Assembly (NCBI GenBank): GCA_044227145.1
Contig: JBGAFR010000002.1
Location: 48,703 to 112,702 of the forward strand
Direction of reading: 5' to 3'
Length of the DNA stretch: 64,000 nucleotides
Origin: Lysobacteraceae bacterium
GTDB lineage: Bacteria > Pseudomonadota > Gammaproteobacteria > Xanthomonadales > Xanthomonadaceae
Shown: positions 33,449-44,199 of the stretch, piece by piece
How the letters are laid out: each line of letters opens with the position of its first letter
Numbering within the stretch: the first letter of the stretch is position 1
Made by a program: the position numbers and the translations under genes
Notes under the pieces: generated by a model
Databases searched by the model: none
Told to the model about the DNA's origin: nothing
The model's input: the letters and a program-made list of their open reading frames with translations, nothing else

Positions 33449-36400
33449 TCAGACCTGCGTCGCGTGCGGCGTATCGTGGCTGGTGTGCGCGAGACCCGCG
33501 TGTGCGGGATCGTCGTGCGAGACCAGCGGACGATTCGCGAGCTTGCGCAGCGCCACGTAGAACACCGGGGTGAGGAACAGGCCGAACAGGGTGACGCCGA
33601 GCATGCCGGCGAACACGGTGATGCCGGTGACCGAGCGGACCTCGGCGCCCGCGCCGTGCGAGAACACCAGCGGCACGGTGCCGGCGATGAACGCGACCGA
33701 CGTCATCACGATCGGGCGCAGGCGCAGTCGGCAGGCTTCCAGCGCGGATTCGACGATGCCCTTGCCGTGCAGTTCGAGCTCGCGGGCGAATTCGACGATC
33801 AGGATCGCGTTCTTGCACGCGAGGCCCATCAGCACGACCAGGCCGACCTGCACGAACACGTTGTTGTCGCCGCCGGTGAGCTTCACGCCCAGCAGTGCGG
33901 ACAGCAGCGTCATCGGCACGATCAGGATCACCGCCAGCGGCAGGGTCCAGCTTTCGTACAGCGCGGCCAGCACGAGGAAGGCCAGCAGCACCGCCAGCGG
34001 GAACACCACCAGCGCGGCCTTGCCCTGGGTGGCTTCCTGGTAGCTCAGGTCGCTCCAGTCGATGCCCATGCCATTCGGCAGCACCTTGCCGGCGAGTTCG
34101 GTGACCTTGGCCATCGCCTGTGCCGACGACAGCAGGTTCGGGTCCGCTTCGCCGAGCAGGTCGGCCGCGGGATAGCCGTTGAAGCGGATCACCGGGTCGG
34201 GACCGTAGCTGCGCTTGATCGTCACCATCGAGCCGATCGGCACCATCTCGCCGGCGGCGTTCCTGGTACGCAGGTTGGCGATGTCCTCGACGTTGTCGCG
34301 GTACGGGCCGTCGGCCTGCGCGATCACCTGCCAGGTGCGGCCGAACAGGTTGAAGTCGTTGACGTAGGACGAACCGAGGTAGGTCTGCAGCGTGCCGAAC
34401 AGTTCGGTCAGCGGCACACCCTGCGCCTTGGCCTTGACCCGATCGACCTCGGCGTCGAGCTGCGGCACGTTGGCCTGGTAGCTGCTGATCGGGAAGCCCA
34501 TGCCCGGCGTCTGCGAGGCCGCGCCCTGGAAGGCCTGCACCGCGCTCTGCAGCGCGCCGTAGCCGAGGTTGGCGCGGTCCTCGACGAACAGCGAGTAGCC
34601 CGAACCGTTGCCGAGGCCCTGGATCGGCGGCGGCATCAGCGCGAAGGTGAAGCCTTCCTGGATGCCGGCGATCTTCTGGTTCAACTCGTCGTTGATCTCC
34701 TTCGCGGTGCGATGGCGCTGGCCGAACGGCTCGAGGGTGAGGAACATCACGCCGCTGTTCGGGGTGTTGGTGAACTGCAGCGGATTGAGGCCCGGGAACG
34801 ACACTTCGTAGCCGACCTGGTTCACGCCCTCGATGCCCTTGGCGATCGTCGCGATCTTCTTCAGCACCGCGTCGGTGCGTTCGATCGACGCGCCTTCCGG
34901 CATCTTCACGCCCGCGATCAGGTAGAGCTTGTCCTGCAGCGGGATGAAGCCGCGCGGCACCCACTGGAACACCAGCCCGGCCGCGACCAGCAGCACCGCG
35001 TACACCGCGAACACCGCGCCGCGGCGGCCGAGGGTGCGCGACACCGCGCCCTGGTAGCGGTCGGAGTTGCGCTTGAAGAAGCGGTTGAACGGACGGAAGA
35101 CCCAGCCGAACAGGCGGTCGATCAGGCGCGAGGGGCGGTCCTTCGGCGCGTCGTGCGGCTTGAGCAACTTGGCGGCGAGCGCCGGCGACAGGGTCAGCGA
35201 GTTGATCGCGGAGATCACGGTCGAGATCGCGATGGTCACCGCGAACTGCTTGTAGAACTGCCCGGTGACGCCGTTGAGGAAAGCCATCGGCACGAACACC
35301 GCGCACAGCACCAGCGCGATCGCGATGATCGGCCCGGAGACCTCGGTCATCGCCTTGTGGGCGGCGGCGAGCGGCGTCAGTCCTTCCTCGATGTTGCGCT
35401 CCACGTTCTCGACGACCACGATCGCGTCGTCGACCACGATGCCGATCGCCAGCACCAGCCCGAACAGGGTCAGCGTGTTGATCGAGAAGCCGAGCAGGTA
35501 CAGCGCGGCGAACGTGCCGACCACCGACACCGGCACCGCGATCAGCGGGATGATCGACGCACGCCAGGTCTGCAGGAACAGGATCACCACCAGCACCACC
35601 AGCAGGATCGCCTCGAACAGGGTCGAGACGACGGCCTTGATCGAATCGCGCACGAAGACGGTGGTGTCGTAGATCGACTTGTACTCGACGCCCGGCGGGA
35701 ACTGCTTCGACAGCTCGTCCATGGTCTGGATGACCGCGTCGCGGATCTCCAGCGCGTTCGCGCCCGGCGCCTGGAAGATGCCGATCGCCGCCGCGTCCTT
35801 GCCGTCGAGGCGGGAGCGCAGCGTGTAGTCGCCGGCGCCGAGTTCGATGCGGGCGACATCGGACAGCCGCACCACCTCGCCGTCGGCACCGGTCTTGATC
35901 ACGATGTCGCCGAACTCCTGCGTGGTCTGCAGCCGGCCCTTGGCGTTGATCGGCAGCAGGAAATCGCTGCCGTTGGGCATGGGCTCGGCGCCGAGCTGGC
36001 CGGCGGAGACCTGCACGTTCTGCTCGCGCACGGCGTTGAGAACGTCGTTGGCGGTAAGGCCGCGCGAGGCGACCTTGTCGGGATCCAGCCACAGCCGCAT
36101 CGCGTAGTCGCCGCCGCCGAACTGCTGCGCATCGCCCACGCCGCGGATGCGCGAGAGCGCGTCCTTGACGTGCAGCCGCATGTAGTTGCGCAGGTACAGC
36201 GTGTCGTACTTGCCGTCGGTGGACACCAGGTGCACCACCATCAGGAACACCGGCGACTGCTTCTGCGTGGTCACGCCCTGGCGACGCACGTCCTCGGGCA
36301 GCCGCGCCAGCGCCTGGCTGACCCGGTTCTGCACGCGCACCGCGGCGTCGTCGGCGTCGGTGCCCGCCTCGAAGGTGACGGTCATCTGCAGCACGCCGTC

Positions 36401-36658
36401 GGAGCCGGCGACCGACTTGACGTAGAGCATGCCCTCGACGCCGTTGATCGCTTCCTCCAGCGGGGTCGCGACGGTTTCGGCGATCACCTTGGGGTTCGCG
36501 CCGGGATAGACGGTGCGCACCACCACGGAGGGCGGCACCACCTCGGGATATTCGCCGACCGGCAGCAGCGGGATCGCGATCAGGCCGGCGGCGAAGATCA
36601 CGATCGACAGCACCGCAGCGAAGATCGGTCGGTCGATGAAGAAACGGGAGAAATCCAT
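33449..36658 (-). CDS. RND efflux permease (MexF/SmeW-like)
   Basis: FFIDRPIFAAVLS, GIVVDDAIVVVENVER, KNAILIVEFA, RLRPIVMTS. Confidence 0.95.
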   Translation of the reverse strand: MDFSRFFIDRPIFAAVLSIVIFAAGLIAIPLLPVGEYPEVVPPSVVVRTVYPGANPKVIAETVATPLEEAINGVEGMLYVKSVAGSDGVLQMTVTFEAGTDADDAAVRVQNRVSQALARLPEDVRRQGVTTQKQSPVFLMVVHLVSTDGKYDTLYLRNYMRLHVKDALSRIRGVGDAQQFGGGDYAMRLWLDPDKVASRGLTANDVLNAVREQNVQVSAGQLGAEPMPNGSDFLLPINAKGRLQTTQEFGDIVIKTGADGEVVRLSDVARIELGAGDYTLRSRLDGKDAAAIGIFQAPGANALEIRDAVIQTMDELSKQFPPGVEYKSIYDTTVFVRDSIKAVVSTLFEAILLVVLVVILFLQTWRASIIPLIAVPVSVVGTFAALYLLGFSINTLTLFGLVLAIGIVVDDAIVVVENVERNIEEGLTPLAAAHKAMTEVSGPIIAIALVLCAVFVPMAFLNGVTGQFYKQFAVTIAISTVISAINSLTLSPALAAKLLKPHDAPKDRPSRLIDRLFGWVFRPFNRFFKRNSDRYQGAVSRTLGRRGAVFAVYAVLLVAAGLVFQWVPRGFIPLQDKLYLIAGVKMPEGASIERTDAVLKKIATIAKGIEGVNQVGYEVSFPGLNPLQFTNTPNSGVMFLTLEPFGQRHRTAKEINDELNQKIAGIQEGFTFALMPPPIQGLGNGSGYSLFVEDRANLGYGALQSAVQAFQGAASQTPGMGFPISSYQANVPQLDAEVDRVKAKAQGVPLTELFGTLQTYLGSSYVNDFNLFGRTWQVIAQADGPYRDNVEDIANLRTRNAAGEMVPIGSMVTIKRSYGPDPVIRFNGYPAADLLGEADPNLLSSAQAMAKVTELAGKVLPNGMGIDWSDLSYQEATQGKAALVVFPLAVLLAFLVLAALYESWTLPLAVILIVPMTLLSALLGVKLTGGDNNVFVQVGLVVLMGLACKNAILIVEFARELELHGKGIVESALEACRLRLRPIVMTSVAFIAGTVPLVFSHGAGAEVRSVTGITVFAGMLGVTLFGLFLTPVFYVALRKLANRPLVSHDDPAHAGLAHTSHDTPHATQV

Positions 36659-36823
36659 GGGAGGTCCTCGGCAGTCCTCGGGAATGGCGGTCCCGCGCGC
36701 AGGCCGGGCCTGCGTTCGGGCGAAGCGTGAAGCGACGAAAAGCGATGCGACGGCCGCCGCCCCTCCGCGGTCGGGGGAGGGGAGAAACGAAGGGGCGGCG
36801 CCGTCAAACCGATGCGGTATGCG

Positions 36824-38011
36824 TCATGGCGCCTGGGCCACGGCCGGTGCGGGGGCGGCGCCCATCGCGACCGTCTTCGGCGCGACCGGCATGCCGGGGA
36901 AGAACACCTTCTGCACGCCGTTGACGATCACGCGATCCTGCGCGGTCAGACCGGAGGTCACGATGCGCAGGCCGTCGGCGGTACCGCCGAGGACCACGTC
37001 CTTGCGCAGCGCCTGGTTGCCCGGGCCGACCACGTAGACGTACTTGCGATCCTGGTCGGTGAGCACCGCCTTGTCGTCGATCAGCAGCGCGGCGACGTCG
37101 GTGCTGCCTTCGAGCTGCACGCGCGCGAACAGGCCGGGCGTGAACGCGCGATCGGGATTGGGCAGCACCGCGCGGGCGCGGATGGTGCCGGTGGCGGGGT
37201 CGACCTGGTTGTCGACGAAATCGACGGTACCGGCGTGCGGATAGCCGTCCTCGTCGGCGAGGCCCACGCGCACCGGGTTGCGGGTGCTGGCGCGCTGGCC
37301 GTCGCGGGCGAGCTTGCCGTAGCGCAGGAACGCCTGTTCGTCGCTGTCGAAGTAGACGTACATCGGGTCCAGCGACACCACCGAGGTCAGCACCGTGGCG
37401 TCGGCCTGGGCGAGGTTGCCGGTGGTGACCAGCGCGCGGCCGGCGCGGCCGTCGATCGGCGAGCGCACTTCGGTGAACTGCAGGTCGAGACGCGCGGTCG
37501 CGACCGCCGCTTCGGCCGCGCGCACCATGGCGTCGCTCTGCGCGGTGGCGGCCTTGCGGGTGTCGAATTCCTCTCGCGAGATCGCCTGGGCCGCGATCAG
37601 CGACTGCGCGCGCGCGTTCTGCGAATGGGCGAGCCGCGACTCGCTGCGGGCGCGTTCGAGATCCGCCTGGGCACGCGCGAGCGCGGCGCGGTAGGGACGC
37701 TGGTCGATCACGAACAGCAGCTGGCCCTTGCGCACGTCGTCGCCCTCCCGGTACGCGACGCGTTCGATGTAGCCGCTCACGCGCGGACGCAGGTCGACCG
37801 TTTCCACCGCGGCCACGCGGCCGGTGAAGGCGTCCCATTGGCTGACCTGCTTGCTCAGCACCTTGGCGACGCTGACTTCGGGCGGCGGCGCGGCGGCGGT
37901 GGGTTCGGCCTGGCTGCTGCAGGCGGCGATGGTCATCGCGGCGGCGAGGGCGAGCACCAGGGCGCTGAAGGACGGCAGCGTTCGCGAATCGAGGGAGAGG
38001 CGGGTGTGCAT
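36824..38011 (-). CDS. RND membrane fusion protein (MexE/SmeV-like)
   Basis: Lipobox IAAC; VDLRPRVSGYI, SPIDGRAG, DNQVDPATGTI. Confidence 0.9.
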   Translation of the reverse strand: MHTRLSLDSRTLPSFSALVLALAAAMTIAACSSQAEPTAAAPPPEVSVAKVLSKQVSQWDAFTGRVAAVETVDLRPRVSGYIERVAYREGDDVRKGQLLFVIDQRPYRAALARAQADLERARSESRLAHSQNARAQSLIAAQAISREEFDTRKAATAQSDAMVRAAEAAVATARLDLQFTEVRSPIDGRAGRALVTTGNLAQADATVLTSVVSLDPMYVYFDSDEQAFLRYGKLARDGQRASTRNPVRVGLADEDGYPHAGTVDFVDNQVDPATGTIRARAVLPNPDRAFTPGLFARVQLEGSTDVAALLIDDKAVLTDQDRKYVYVVGPGNQALRKDVVLGGTADGLRIVTSGLTAQDRVIVNGVQKVFFPGMPVAPKTVAMGAAPAPAVAQAP

Positions 38012-38097
38012 GGCGGTGGGGATCCTGGAGGTGATGTCGGGACGGTTCCGGCGGGCGACGACGGGCCCGGACGAGGGTAAGGTGCGGGCCTGCGCAT

Positions 38098-39000
38098 TCA
38101 TGGCAGCAGGGTGTTGTCGGCACGCAGCAGCGGGACGGCGGCGATGTCGCGGAGCAGCCTGCGCGCGGCGTCCCGGTCGCGGTCGCCAACGGGCGCCGGC
38201 GTCGTCGATCGCTGATCGCTCGCATCGATGTCGTCCGAGCGCAGCACGTCCGGGCGCAGCGCCGGCGGCGCGGGGGTTCCGGCGTAGCGCACCACCGCAT
38301 CGCGCGGTGCGGTGTCGCGATCGAGCAGCGACAGCGCGCGACGCGCCACCGCACCGACGTGCGGCCAGCCGGGGCAGGCGTGCTGCGCGTTGTCGTCGGT
38401 GCGCAGCGGCGCGTCCACGCCGAGCAGGTGCACCCGCACGCCGACCGTGCGCGCCTCGTCGTGCAGCACCCGCGCGAGCATGCGCAGCGCCGCGGCGACG
38501 ATCGAGTGGTGGCCGTAGCCGGCCCAGGGCTGGTCCGCGCCTGGCCCGCCGACCAGCACGTAGCCGGCGCCCGTATGCTCGGCCAGCAGCGGCAGCAGCC
38601 GGCGCGCGGCGAACAGGTGCGGCAGCAGCTCCTCGTCGAGGCGCCGGCGCAGGAAATCCTCCGGCTGGTCGAGCAGGCGGCCGCGCACCGGCGTGCCGCG
38701 GATCGCCGCGATCACGCCCGACAGCGGCCGACCGCGCATGCGCAGCCGCGCGACGAGGTCCGCGGCATCGGCATCGCGGGCGATGTCGGCCCGGAGCGTC
38801 GTCAGCGCTTCGCCGGCCTGCGGATGGCGGGCCTGCAGCGCCGCCAGCGCATCGGCATCGCGGCCGGTGGCGACGACCCGATGGCCAGCCCCGAGCGCGG
38901 CGTCGACCAGGGCGCCGCCGAGGCAGCCGGTAGCGCCCAGGATCAGCAGATCGCCGTCGGCGTCATGGGCGATTGTCCCGAAAGGAATTGTCCCGTTCAC
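38098..39000 (-). CDS. SDR-like oxidoreductase (SmeU1-like)
   Basis: LGATGCLG Rossmann motif; lies directly upstream of the MFP gene. Confidence 0.7.
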   Translation of the reverse strand: MNGTIPFGTIAHDADGDLLILGATGCLGGALVDAALGAGHRVVATGRDADALAALQARHPQAGEALTTLRADIARDADAADLVARLRMRGRPLSGVIAAIRGTPVRGRLLDQPEDFLRRRLDEELLPHLFAARRLLPLLAEHTGAGYVLVGGPGADQPWAGYGHHSIVAAALRMLARVLHDEARTVGVRVHLLGVDAPLRTDDNAQHACPGWPHVGAVARRALSLLDRDTAPRDAVVRYAGTPAPPALRPDVLRSDDIDASDQRSTTPAPVGDRDRDAARRLLRDIAAVPLLRADNTLLP

Positions 39001-39242
39001 GGGATTTTTTCTCCCGAAAAGTGCACCTCACCGGGGATGATCCGACCGCTGACGAGGTCGTCGGCCCAGCGCCGGAGCAGCCCGAACGCGGTCAGCGCCG
39101 GTGCGAGGCCGATGCCCCAGGACCAGGCATCGCTCACGCCAAATAATTGATTCAAAAGGAGAGAGGCGCCGGCGTAGACGTCGGCGACGATCAGGCTCAG
39201 CAGGCTGGTGCGCAGCAATCTGCGCTGGGCGGCGGCGCTCAC
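38997..39242 (-). CDS. Small two-TM protein heading the efflux operon
   Basis: 81 aa with two hydrophobic segments; stop overlaps the next start (ATGA). Confidence 0.5.
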   Translation of the reverse strand: MSAAAQRRLLRTSLLSLIVADVYAGASLLLNQLFGVSDAWSWGIGLAPALTAFGLLRRWADDLVSGRIIPGEVHFSGEKIP

Positions 39243-39366
39243 GGTGGTGTCCCGCGGGAAGATGCGGCGTAATCTACGGACCGATCGGCCGCTTGATTAG
39301 TCCATGAATCGGGGAATAATTGTCCCGAAATCGGTCCAATTCTCATTTCCATCGCCGGAGCCCGCC

Positions 39367-40431
39367 ATGTCGCGCGATCTCAACGACACCCTCATCTTCG
39401 TCAAGGTCGTCGAACACGGCAGCTTCATCGCCGCGGCGAATGCCTTGCGCCTGCCCAAGACCACCGTCAGCCGCAAGGTGCAGGACCTGGAGACCCGCCT
39501 CGGCGCGCAGCTCCTGCATCGCACCACCCGCAAGCTCGGGCTGACCGAGGCCGGCAACGTCTACTACGAACACTGCCAGCGCATCGCACGCGAACTGGAC
39601 GAGGCCGAGAGCGCCGTCGGCCAGCTGCAGGCCGGCCCGCGCGGGTGGCTGCGCTTCACCGCGCCGTACTCGTTCGGGATCATGTGGATCGCGCCGCTGC
39701 TGGGCGAGTTCTACGCTCGCCACCCGGAACTGCGCGTGGAGATGGTGCTGAGCAACGATTCGGTCGACATCATCGACCAGGAGATCGACGTCGCGCTGCG
39801 CGGCGGCGTGCTGCCGGACTCCAACCTCGTCGCGCGCCGGCTGTCGGTGTTCCGCACCCAGGTCTATGCCAGCCCGCAGTACCTCGAGCGCTACGGCGAG
39901 CCCGTGCATCCCGACGACCTGCTGCACCATCGCACCCTGGCGATGCCGAAATGGCGCCGCGGCGGCCAGTATTTCTGGGGGCTGAGCGATGGCGAGCGCA
40001 CCCAGGACTACCGCATCGACCCGATCCTCGTCGCCAACGACCCGGGCGCGCTCACCGGTGCGCTGATCTGCGGCGAGGGCCTGCTGCTCAACAGCGACGT
40101 GACCATGAAGGCGCACGTCGAACTCGGCCAGGTGCAGCGCGTGCTCGCCGGCTGGACCGGACCGGAATACGAGTTCAGCGCGGTGTTCCCGCGCGGCCGC
40201 GTCGCCTCGCCCAAGGTGCGGGCGTTCGTGGATTTCCTCGTGGAACGGCTCAACTTCGACGTCGACTACATGCAGGCCGTCTGTCCGAACCGCAAGCATT
40301 TCCTCGCCGCGGAACAGGCCGCGGCTGTCGCCAAGGCGGAGATGCAGCGCGCGCGCAGCCGGCTCGATGCGGCGCCGGCAGACGCCGTCGATGGCCCTGC
40401 CGCCGCGGGCACGGTGTTCGCCGGCGAGTGA
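39367..40431 (+). CDS. LysR-family regulator divergent from the efflux operon (SmeRv-like)
   Basis: LNDTLIFVKVVEHGSFIAAA...VSRKVQDLETRLG..LLHRTTR HTH. Confidence 0.9.
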   Translation: MSRDLNDTLIFVKVVEHGSFIAAANALRLPKTTVSRKVQDLETRLGAQLLHRTTRKLGLTEAGNVYYEHCQRIARELDEAESAVGQLQAGPRGWLRFTAPYSFGIMWIAPLLGEFYARHPELRVEMVLSNDSVDIIDQEIDVALRGGVLPDSNLVARRLSVFRTQVYASPQYLERYGEPVHPDDLLHHRTLAMPKWRRGGQYFWGLSDGERTQDYRIDPILVANDPGALTGALICGEGLLLNSDVTMKAHVELGQVQRVLAGWTGPEYEFSAVFPRGRVASPKVRAFVDFLVERLNFDVDYMQAVCPNRKHFLAAEQAAAVAKAEMQRARSRLDAAPADAVDGPAAAGTVFAGE

Positions 40432-40515
40432 ATCCCGGGTCGCCGCATGCGCGGCGACGGCGCATCACGGCGTCCGGGTCGCGGACGCCGTCGATGCGGA
40501 CCGCGCGTCGAAGGG

Positions 40516-41205
40516 TTACGGCTCGTCGCTGGTGACGACGCGGTGGAGCAGGGCGCCGACGATGCCGCCCACGATCGGTGCCAGCCAGAACAGCCAGAGC
40601 TGCGACATCGCCCAGTCGCCCACGTACAGCGCGACGCCGGTGCTGCGCGCCGGATTGACCGAGGTGTTGGTCACCGGGATCGAGATCAGGTGGATCAGCG
40701 TCAGCGCCAGGCCGATCGCGATCGGTGCGAAGCCCTGCGGCGCGTTCTTGTGGGTGACGCCGAGGATGATGAACAGGAAGAACGCCGTCATCACGACTTC
40801 GCAGACCAGTGCTGCGGTCAGCGAATAGCCGCCCGGCGAGTGCGCGCCGTAACCGTTCGACGCGAATCCCGAGGCGACATCGAAACCGGGCGCGCCGGAG
40901 GCGATCACGTAGAGCACGCCGCCGGCCGCGATCGCGCCGAGCACCTGCGACACCACGTACGGCAGGATCCCCGAGGCCGGGAACCGCCCGCCGGCCCACA
41001 GGCCGATCGTGACCGCGGGATTGAGATGGCAGCCGGACACGTGGCCGATCGCGTAGGCCATGGTCAGCACGGTCAGGCCGAACGCGAGCGAGACGCCCAG
41101 CAGGCCGATGCCGACGTCCGGGAAGGCGGCCGCCAGCACGGCGCTGCCGCAGCCGCCGAGGACCAGCCAGAACGTACCGAGGAATTCCGCCGCATACCGT
41201 TTCAT
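40516..41205 (-). CDS. aqpZ: Aquaporin Z
   Basis: [10 protein letters not shown] and two NPA motifs (HLNPAV, SVNPARS). Confidence 0.95.
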   Translation of the reverse strand: MKRYAAEFLGTFWLVLGGCGSAVLAAAFPDVGIGLLGVSLAFGLTVLTMAYAIGHVSGCHLNPAVTIGLWAGGRFPASGILPYVVSQVLGAIAAGGVLYVIASGAPGFDVASGFASNGYGAHSPGGYSLTAALVCEVVMTAFFLFIILGVTHKNAPQGFAPIAIGLALTLIHLISIPVTNTSVNPARSTGVALYVGDWAMSQLWLFWLAPIVGGIVGALLHRVVTSDEP

Positions 41206-41402
41206 CGTCTGTCTCCCCCATGGTCAGGTGGTTCGATCCTACGCCCATCGGCCGGCCGGATGCGGCGTCCGCGGCTTTTTTTCAATGCGTGCCATCACCG
41301 CTGCGGCGGTGCGGGATGCAGCTTCCGAGGCGCTCGCTACAATGCGGACACCGATCCGGACGACGCGATACGCGTCCGGCGGCATCTCCGGGGGCTTCCA
41401 CG

Positions 41403-43121
41403 ATGAACATGTTGCGAGCGGGTGCGCTGTTGTTCGCCGCTTTCGCCTGCCAGGCCGGCGCGGCAGGCGCCGCGGATACCCTCACGGTCCGCCTGCAGTT
41501 CCGCAGCCAGGGCGCCATCGCGCCGATCGTGGTCGCGGAGCGTGCCGAGCGCAGTGCCGGCGCATTGATCCCGCTGCCACTGGACGAGGTCGAGGCCGCG
41601 CGCAGCTGGTGGCTGCTCGGGTTCGACGCGCGCGGCAGGACGGTGCTGCGCACGCCGGTGCGCAACCAGGCCTGGCGCAGGCTGGAAGCCTTCGACCCGG
41701 TCACCGGGCACGTCACCGACGTGCAGGAACTCCAGGTGCCGCAGGGCGCGTTCGAGGTGTCGTTCCCCGACGATCCGCGCATCGCGCGCATCGCATTGCG
41801 CGCGGGCGATGCGCGCGGCGCCGCGGGCGCGGCGTCCGCGACCATGATCGAACTCGATCGCGGCCACGTGGATCGCCTGCTGCGCACCAGCGCCGCGAAG
41901 GCGACGACGAAGGCCGCGTCCACCACGACGCTGGTGGACAGCGGCGCCGCGGCCGATCGCCTCGACCTGGTCTTCGTCGGCGACGGCTACACCGCCGCGG
42001 AGATGGGCAAGTGGCAGACCGATGCCCAGACGGTCGTCAACGGGCTGATGTCCGATCCGCTGTTCAACGTCTACCGCCGGCGCATCAACATCCGTCGCGT
42101 CGACGTCGCCAGCGCCGAATCCGGCGTGGACGAGCCCGACCTCGGCATCTTCCACGACACCGCGATGGATTCGGCGTTCAACTGCGCCAACATCGATCGC
42201 CTGCTGTGCGCGAACAACGCCAAGGTGCAGTCGATCGTCGGCTCCGTGCTGCAGCCCGACGCGCGCGACGTGGTCATCGTCGTCGCGAATTCGACGCGAT
42301 ACGGCGGTTCCGGCGGTTCGATCGCCGCGATCTCGATGCACGCAGCCGCGGTCGAACTCGCGCTGCACGAACTCGGCCACACCCTGTTCGGCCTCGCCGA
42401 CGAATACGACTACGGGACCTGCAGCCTGGCGTCCGAACCGCCGGACGGCAACGCCTCGCTCGTCGCGAGCCGCGCGGTGAAGTGGGGAGCGATGATCAGC
42501 CGCTTCACGGCCGTGCCGACGACCGCCGGGCAGTATCCGAACGGCACCGTCGGCGTGTTCGAAGGCGCGCAGTACTGCAAGACCGGCAAGTACCGGCCGA
42601 CCGAGGATTCCAAGATGCGCAACCTCGGCCGGCCGTGGCACGCCGTGAACGAACAGGTCGCCTACGAGCGATTCGCGCTCTACGCCCGCAACAGCGCGAA
42701 GCCGCGGATCCGGCTGCCGGCGACGATGCAGCGGGTCGAGACACCGCACGCGAAGTCGGCACGCCGCAGCGTGCGCCGCTGCGCGGCAGGACGTTGCCGA
42801 GGCCCTGAGACAGGGCCTCACCGGGGGGCGGGCGTGTCGCCCAACACCCCCTGCTCCCTGAGCCAGGCCTCAAGCAGCGTCGGCCACGACGACACGGCCT
42901 TCCCGGTCTTGCGCAGACCGAACGCATGGCCGCCCTTTGCGAACAGATGCACCTCCGACGGCACGCCCGCGTCGTCGAGGGCACGCGCGTACAGCGTGCT
43001 GTTGCAGAGCTCGTCGACCGGATCGTCCCAAGCCTGCAGCAGGAAGGTGGGCGACGTCCGCTTCGTCACGTGCAGATCGGGGTCGAACGTCGTCCCGCGC
43101 CGGCAGATGTGGCCGGGGTAG
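41403..43121 (+). CDS. Secreted M64 (IgA-peptidase-like) metallopeptidase; 3' end uncertain
   Basis: Signal peptide; DLVFVGDGY, HELGHTLFGLADEY zinc motif, EGAQY...YRP..SKM. The frame runs 304 bp into the convergent gene. Confidence 0.75.
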   Translation: MNMLRAGALLFAAFACQAGAAGAADTLTVRLQFRSQGAIAPIVVAERAERSAGALIPLPLDEVEAARSWWLLGFDARGRTVLRTPVRNQAWRRLEAFDPVTGHVTDVQELQVPQGAFEVSFPDDPRIARIALRAGDARGAAGAASATMIELDRGHVDRLLRTSAAKATTKAASTTTLVDSGAAADRLDLVFVGDGYTAAEMGKWQTDAQTVVNGLMSDPLFNVYRRRINIRRVDVASAESGVDEPDLGIFHDTAMDSAFNCANIDRLLCANNAKVQSIVGSVLQPDARDVVIVVANSTRYGGSGGSIAAISMHAAAVELALHELGHTLFGLADEYDYGTCSLASEPPDGNASLVASRAVKWGAMISRFTAVPTTAGQYPNGTVGVFEGAQYCKTGKYRPTEDSKMRNLGRPWHAVNEQVAYERFALYARNSAKPRIRLPATMQRVETPHAKSARRSVRRCAAGRCRGPETGPHRGAGVSPNTPCSLSQASSSVGHDDTAFPVLRRPNAWPPFANRCTSDGTPASSRARAYSVLLQSSSTGSSQACSRKVGDVRFVTCRSGSNVVPRRQMWPG

Positions 43122-43885
43122 AACACCACCGCGAAATCCGGCCGGCTGCTGATACGGTCGATGGCGTCCACCGGCGTGTAGGCCGGCGCGAAAATGTTGC
43201 TGGTCTGCACGGCGAGATAACCACCGGCCGAAAAACCCATCACGCCGATGCGCTGCGGGTCGATACCGAGTGACTGCGCACGCGCACGCACCAGCCGGAT
43301 CGTGCGCTGCGCGTCCTGCAGCGCACGCGGCACTTTCGGCGTGACCGCGCAGCGGCAGTCCGGGTCCCAATGGTGGGCTGTCTTCGGCACGCGGTACTTC
43401 GACAGGATGCAGGTCATGCCCTGCGCCGTGATCCAGTCGCAGATCTCGGTGCCTTCCACCGTCACCGCCAGGATCTTGAACCCGCCGCCCGGGAACACGA
43501 TCACCGCCGCGCCGGTGTTGCGGCCCTTCGGCGGGAACACCGTCATCGTCGGCACCGACACGTCGAACACCGCCTGCGACGTGCGTCCGGCGAGCGCTTC
43601 GGGCGTGTCCGCAGTCAATACGCTTTCCGGCGGCCATGTCACGTCCGCCATGTCGGGCGCGGCGCCGGGCCAGATCGGCACCTGCTCCAGTCCCGCGGGC
43701 GGCTGCCACACGCCAACGCGCTGCACCTTGCCGCCCGGTGGTGGCGATGGTGTTGCGGGAGAGGCGGGCATGGCGGCGACTGTCGCCGGTGCAGCATCGA
43801 CCGAAGCCTCGGGCGTCGCGGCTTGACTGCAGGCCGTGCCGGCCGCACACAACATCGATACCAGAACCAAAACCGCTGCACGCAT
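42818..43885 (-). CDS. Exported alpha/beta hydrolase (BD-FAE/acetylesterase-like)
   Basis: FPGGGF oxyanion motif, GFSAGG nucleophile, DPVD and GGHAFG. Confidence 0.8.
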   Translation of the reverse strand: MRAAVLVLVSMLCAAGTACSQAATPEASVDAAPATVAAMPASPATPSPPPGGKVQRVGVWQPPAGLEQVPIWPGAAPDMADVTWPPESVLTADTPEALAGRTSQAVFDVSVPTMTVFPPKGRNTGAAVIVFPGGGFKILAVTVEGTEICDWITAQGMTCILSKYRVPKTAHHWDPDCRCAVTPKVPRALQDAQRTIRLVRARAQSLGIDPQRIGVMGFSAGGYLAVQTSNIFAPAYTPVDAIDRISSRPDFAVVFYPGHICRRGTTFDPDLHVTKRTSPTFLLQAWDDPVDELCNSTLYARALDDAGVPSEVHLFAKGGHAFGLRKTGKAVSSWPTLLEAWLREQGVLGDTPAPR

Positions 43886-44199
43886 GATCGTTCTCCCCGT
43901 CGTTGGAAGCGTCGCGCCCATGGATCGCTGGTTTCGGCCGTTGACGATCGACGGATGCGCGTGAGTCGAGGAGTGTGCGAGTGGTGTGTCGTAGCGGACA
44001 GGGCGGAGGGTGTATCGGGTGTCACACCGTTTCGGACATGGTGTCTCGAGCATGATCGCGTCCGCGAGGGGTAACTGGCCGGCCTCGAACGTCGACCGGA
44101 GCGATGCCGATCTGCATCGGAATGCGACCCGAAGGCGGCTGACCCACGATCCGCTGGCGGATCGCCGGCGGTACACTCCCACCGTCAGGAGGACGCACC

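Noticed and set aside
36750-36805. Inverted repeat GACGG(C)CGCCGCCCCT / AGGGGCGGCGCCGTC between the MFP and RND genes
   Set aside because: Single GC-rich intergenic hairpin with no second copy in the window; unremarkable within an operon.
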